DNA of 64,000 nucleotides from Amphiscolops sp. MND2022 (lineage: Eukaryota), in the NCBI GenBank assembly GCA_964187785.1, contig OZ076409.1:97714001-97778000 (forward strand), given 5' to 3'. Made by a program: the position numbers and the translations under genes. Each line of letters opens with the position of its first letter. Position 1 is the first letter of the stretch. Shown piece by piece: positions 61,405 to 64,000 of the stretch. A model generated the notes under the pieces. That model saw only the letters and a program-made list of their open reading frames with translations, did not search any database and was not told where the DNA came from.

Positions 61405-62352
61405 TCCTACCATTCTATCCGCTGGCTCACTCAAAACTAGTCACTCCAATTAAATGAAATATAACCCATAACAAGTTATCTCAAAGATAACCTGTTGAAA
61501 ACACTTCAACAATCCTGGATCCTCCCTCTGATATATCTCCATCAGCTCCAAGTATTCCTTCCCCAACTGAATCTTCAGTATCTAGCACTACAAACTCTAG
61601 TAATGTAACTCCTACTACTCCTTCTAAAAGACCAAGATCATACATCTCTGAAACCACCTCTTCCTCACTTCTTCACAGACCACCTATAACTGAAATTCCT
61701 ATAAACACTCGTCCTCAACAAACTGCTATTAACACTCCTATTATACACATACCAAACCCTGAAAGTGTTGAACAATACGTAACATACAAACATCCTACAG
61801 CTATCAAAACTGTTAGACTACAACCTCAACTTAATCTTGTACAAATCCCTGATACTGAATATACAAAGCTACCTTCACTAAAATTACCATCAGAACTTAG
61901 CACTACTTCTTCAAAACTTTATCCACCATTAAAACCCCTTCGAAAACCCTCTACATCACTCTCAAATCTTTTAGACAATAATACTTCAGACTACGCTCCA
62001 TCACAAGACACAAGCTCCCTTTTTGTACCTAAACATAGATATAACCTTCGTGACCTTCCTTCACGTAAACGTAGTACAGACACTTCAACACTCAATTTTT
62101 CGGCTCTTTCTAGCATTTCTGCATTACGACTTGTACGACAACACGCTCAACCATTGTCCTCTGACACACCATCTTCAGAACTCTTTCAATCTCCTTATTT
62201 TACTTCTGGTTTTGAAACCGCTTCATTACTCTCATCTAACCCTCAGACTGCATTTTTATCAGGAGACCTTTTCTCACAAGTAGTAATCCCTACTCCTGTT
62301 CCTGCACATATTAGACTGCCCGAATACTATACTGCAGAACACTCTAGACCTC

Positions 62353-64000
62353 AAGATCATATTTACACCAGAATTCCAAAATCTGACTCTTCCTTCTTAC
62401 AAGACACAACATTACAAATAGAAAATTATTCTACTCTTAACCAATCAACTCACACTACCTCACAAAAATCAGTTTCTGCAATAAATGTACAACCAAATTT
62501 ACCATCTCTCACACACTGTCAACAAATCATACCTTTCTATGATACATCATTTTTTAAGTACAAAAACTATTTTCAAGGTTTCCTTCTTCCAGATGATTAC
62601 TCATTAGACATAAAAACTCTTCAACAACAACAATCCCAAGATCCGGTTCTTAGAACTGTTTATTCTTGGTTATTAAACAATGAAAAACCCGAATTTGTAA
62701 CACCTCTTATCACTGGTACTCCATTTTTACATGTATATTACAAAAGATTTTCACAACTTTTCATTGACGAATCCACAAATCTTATTAGTCTATATATTAC
62801 AAACCCCACTGTTATAAACCAATCCTTTACTCCAAAATTTGTACAAGACACTATTCGTATATGCCTTCCTTTTCGACTGTTCAAAACTGTCTTTAACAAA
62901 CTCCATGAACACTCTCATACTGGTATGAAAATCACCTACAATACATTCAAACAATATTACTACAATCCATTCCTTGAAAAATGGCTTCCCATTTTCATAC
63001 ATGATTGTATTGAATGTCAACGAAACAAACACTTTAATATGAAAATTCAAACTGCTCCTACACAATCTTTTTCAGAACATGCTCCATCTTTCAACTATCG
63101 AATTTCAATGGACACTAAAGGACCTATTAATCCTCCTTCTCACAACAAATCCTATATACACGTGATAATTGACGCTTTTAGTCACTTTGTTGTTACAGTA
63201 CCCTTTAAATCAAACAACTAAAACCCCTTCGGATTGGACCATACAAAATTCTTGACAGATTATCAGACGTCACATATGAACTACTTGCACAAGATGGCTC
63301 TACAGTACACGTCCACAGAAATCATTTAATTCCATATTATCCAAAACAACCACTCTTATATCCACACCTACGTAGTTTTATGCGCTTTTCAGACACAACT
63401 CAATTCCAAATTCCACAACCTACCAAATATGCAAATAGTGATTCTTCTCCTTTTAACTCAGACGAATCGTTGTCAGAAGAAGATTCCCAAACATTTGTAA
63501 CGCCATCATCATTAGTACATCCAATCAGAATACACCATCTATAACATCCAATGACAAGTCTTTGACTCCCTCAACCAATGACAACTCCTTATATAGACAT
63601 ATAATTATTACCCCTCACACTAATGTCTCTAGTGACAGATCAAGACACTCATCTAATAACCAAACAACTTCACTTCCTCCTTTAATTGACAGAACCACAA
63701 AAACTACTTATAAACTACGACAACAACCCAAATTAGATTATAGACTTTTTATTACTCCCTCACAACTGTAATCCTACCATTCTATCCGCTGGCTCACTCA
63801 AAACTAGTCACTCCAATTAAATGAAATATAACCCATAACAAGTTATCTCAAAGATAACCTGTTGAAAACACTTCAACAATCCTGGATCCTCCCTCTGATA
63901 TATCTCCATCAGCTCCAAGTATTCCTTCCCCAACTGAATCTTCAGTATCTAGCACTACAAACTCTAGTAATGTAACTCCTACTACTCCTTCTAAAAGACC
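62353..64000 (+). repeat. Internal tandem duplication of the Gypsy integrase region with a 673-bp deletion
   Basis: 62353-63218 copies 59312-60177 (offset 3041), and 63219 onward copies 60851 onward. Confidence 0.92.

Larger units (their letters stand above)
51731..64000 (+). mobile_element. Large Ty3/Gypsy LTR retrotransposon (3' LTR outside the window)
   Basis: TG start interrupting a HINE, AATAAA near 52002, PBS-like TGGTGCGACC at 52134, and PR-RT-RH-IN order. Confidence 0.93.

Overview
AT-rich, repeat-dense eukaryotic (probably invertebrate animal) DNA; it is not prokaryotic and has no CRISPR array. The only recognisable host gene is an SLC4-family bicarbonate/anion transporter on the minus strand, seen as two exons (48741-48572 and 22976-22800). 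From left to right the window holds: (1) a ~6.6 kb 78-bp satellite ending in the terminus of a Helentron/DINE-1-like element; (2) an internally deleted BEL/Pao LTR retrotransposon (10302-16883, ACTGG TSD); (3) a deleted hAT element and several nested MITEs; (4) a complete 18.1 kb Maverick/Polinton (adintovirus-like endogenous virus, 24000-42139) inside the 25.6 kb SLC4 intron, with pPolB, packaging ATPase, integrase, core protein, major and minor capsid proteins, adenain protease and accessory genes; (5) a field of Helentron-like elements; (6) a large Ty3/Gypsy element (51731 to window end) whose single decayed polyprotein frame has a long hydrophobic N-terminal extension, followed by an internal tandem duplication. 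The most striking observation is that the Polinton seems to carry at least six short, phase-compatible GT-AG introns. One rejoins the apparently broken DNA polymerase; others build a 4-exon orphan gene and an SGNH-hydrolase-like gene that the ORF track misses. All calls were made by eye from motifs, with no database searches.
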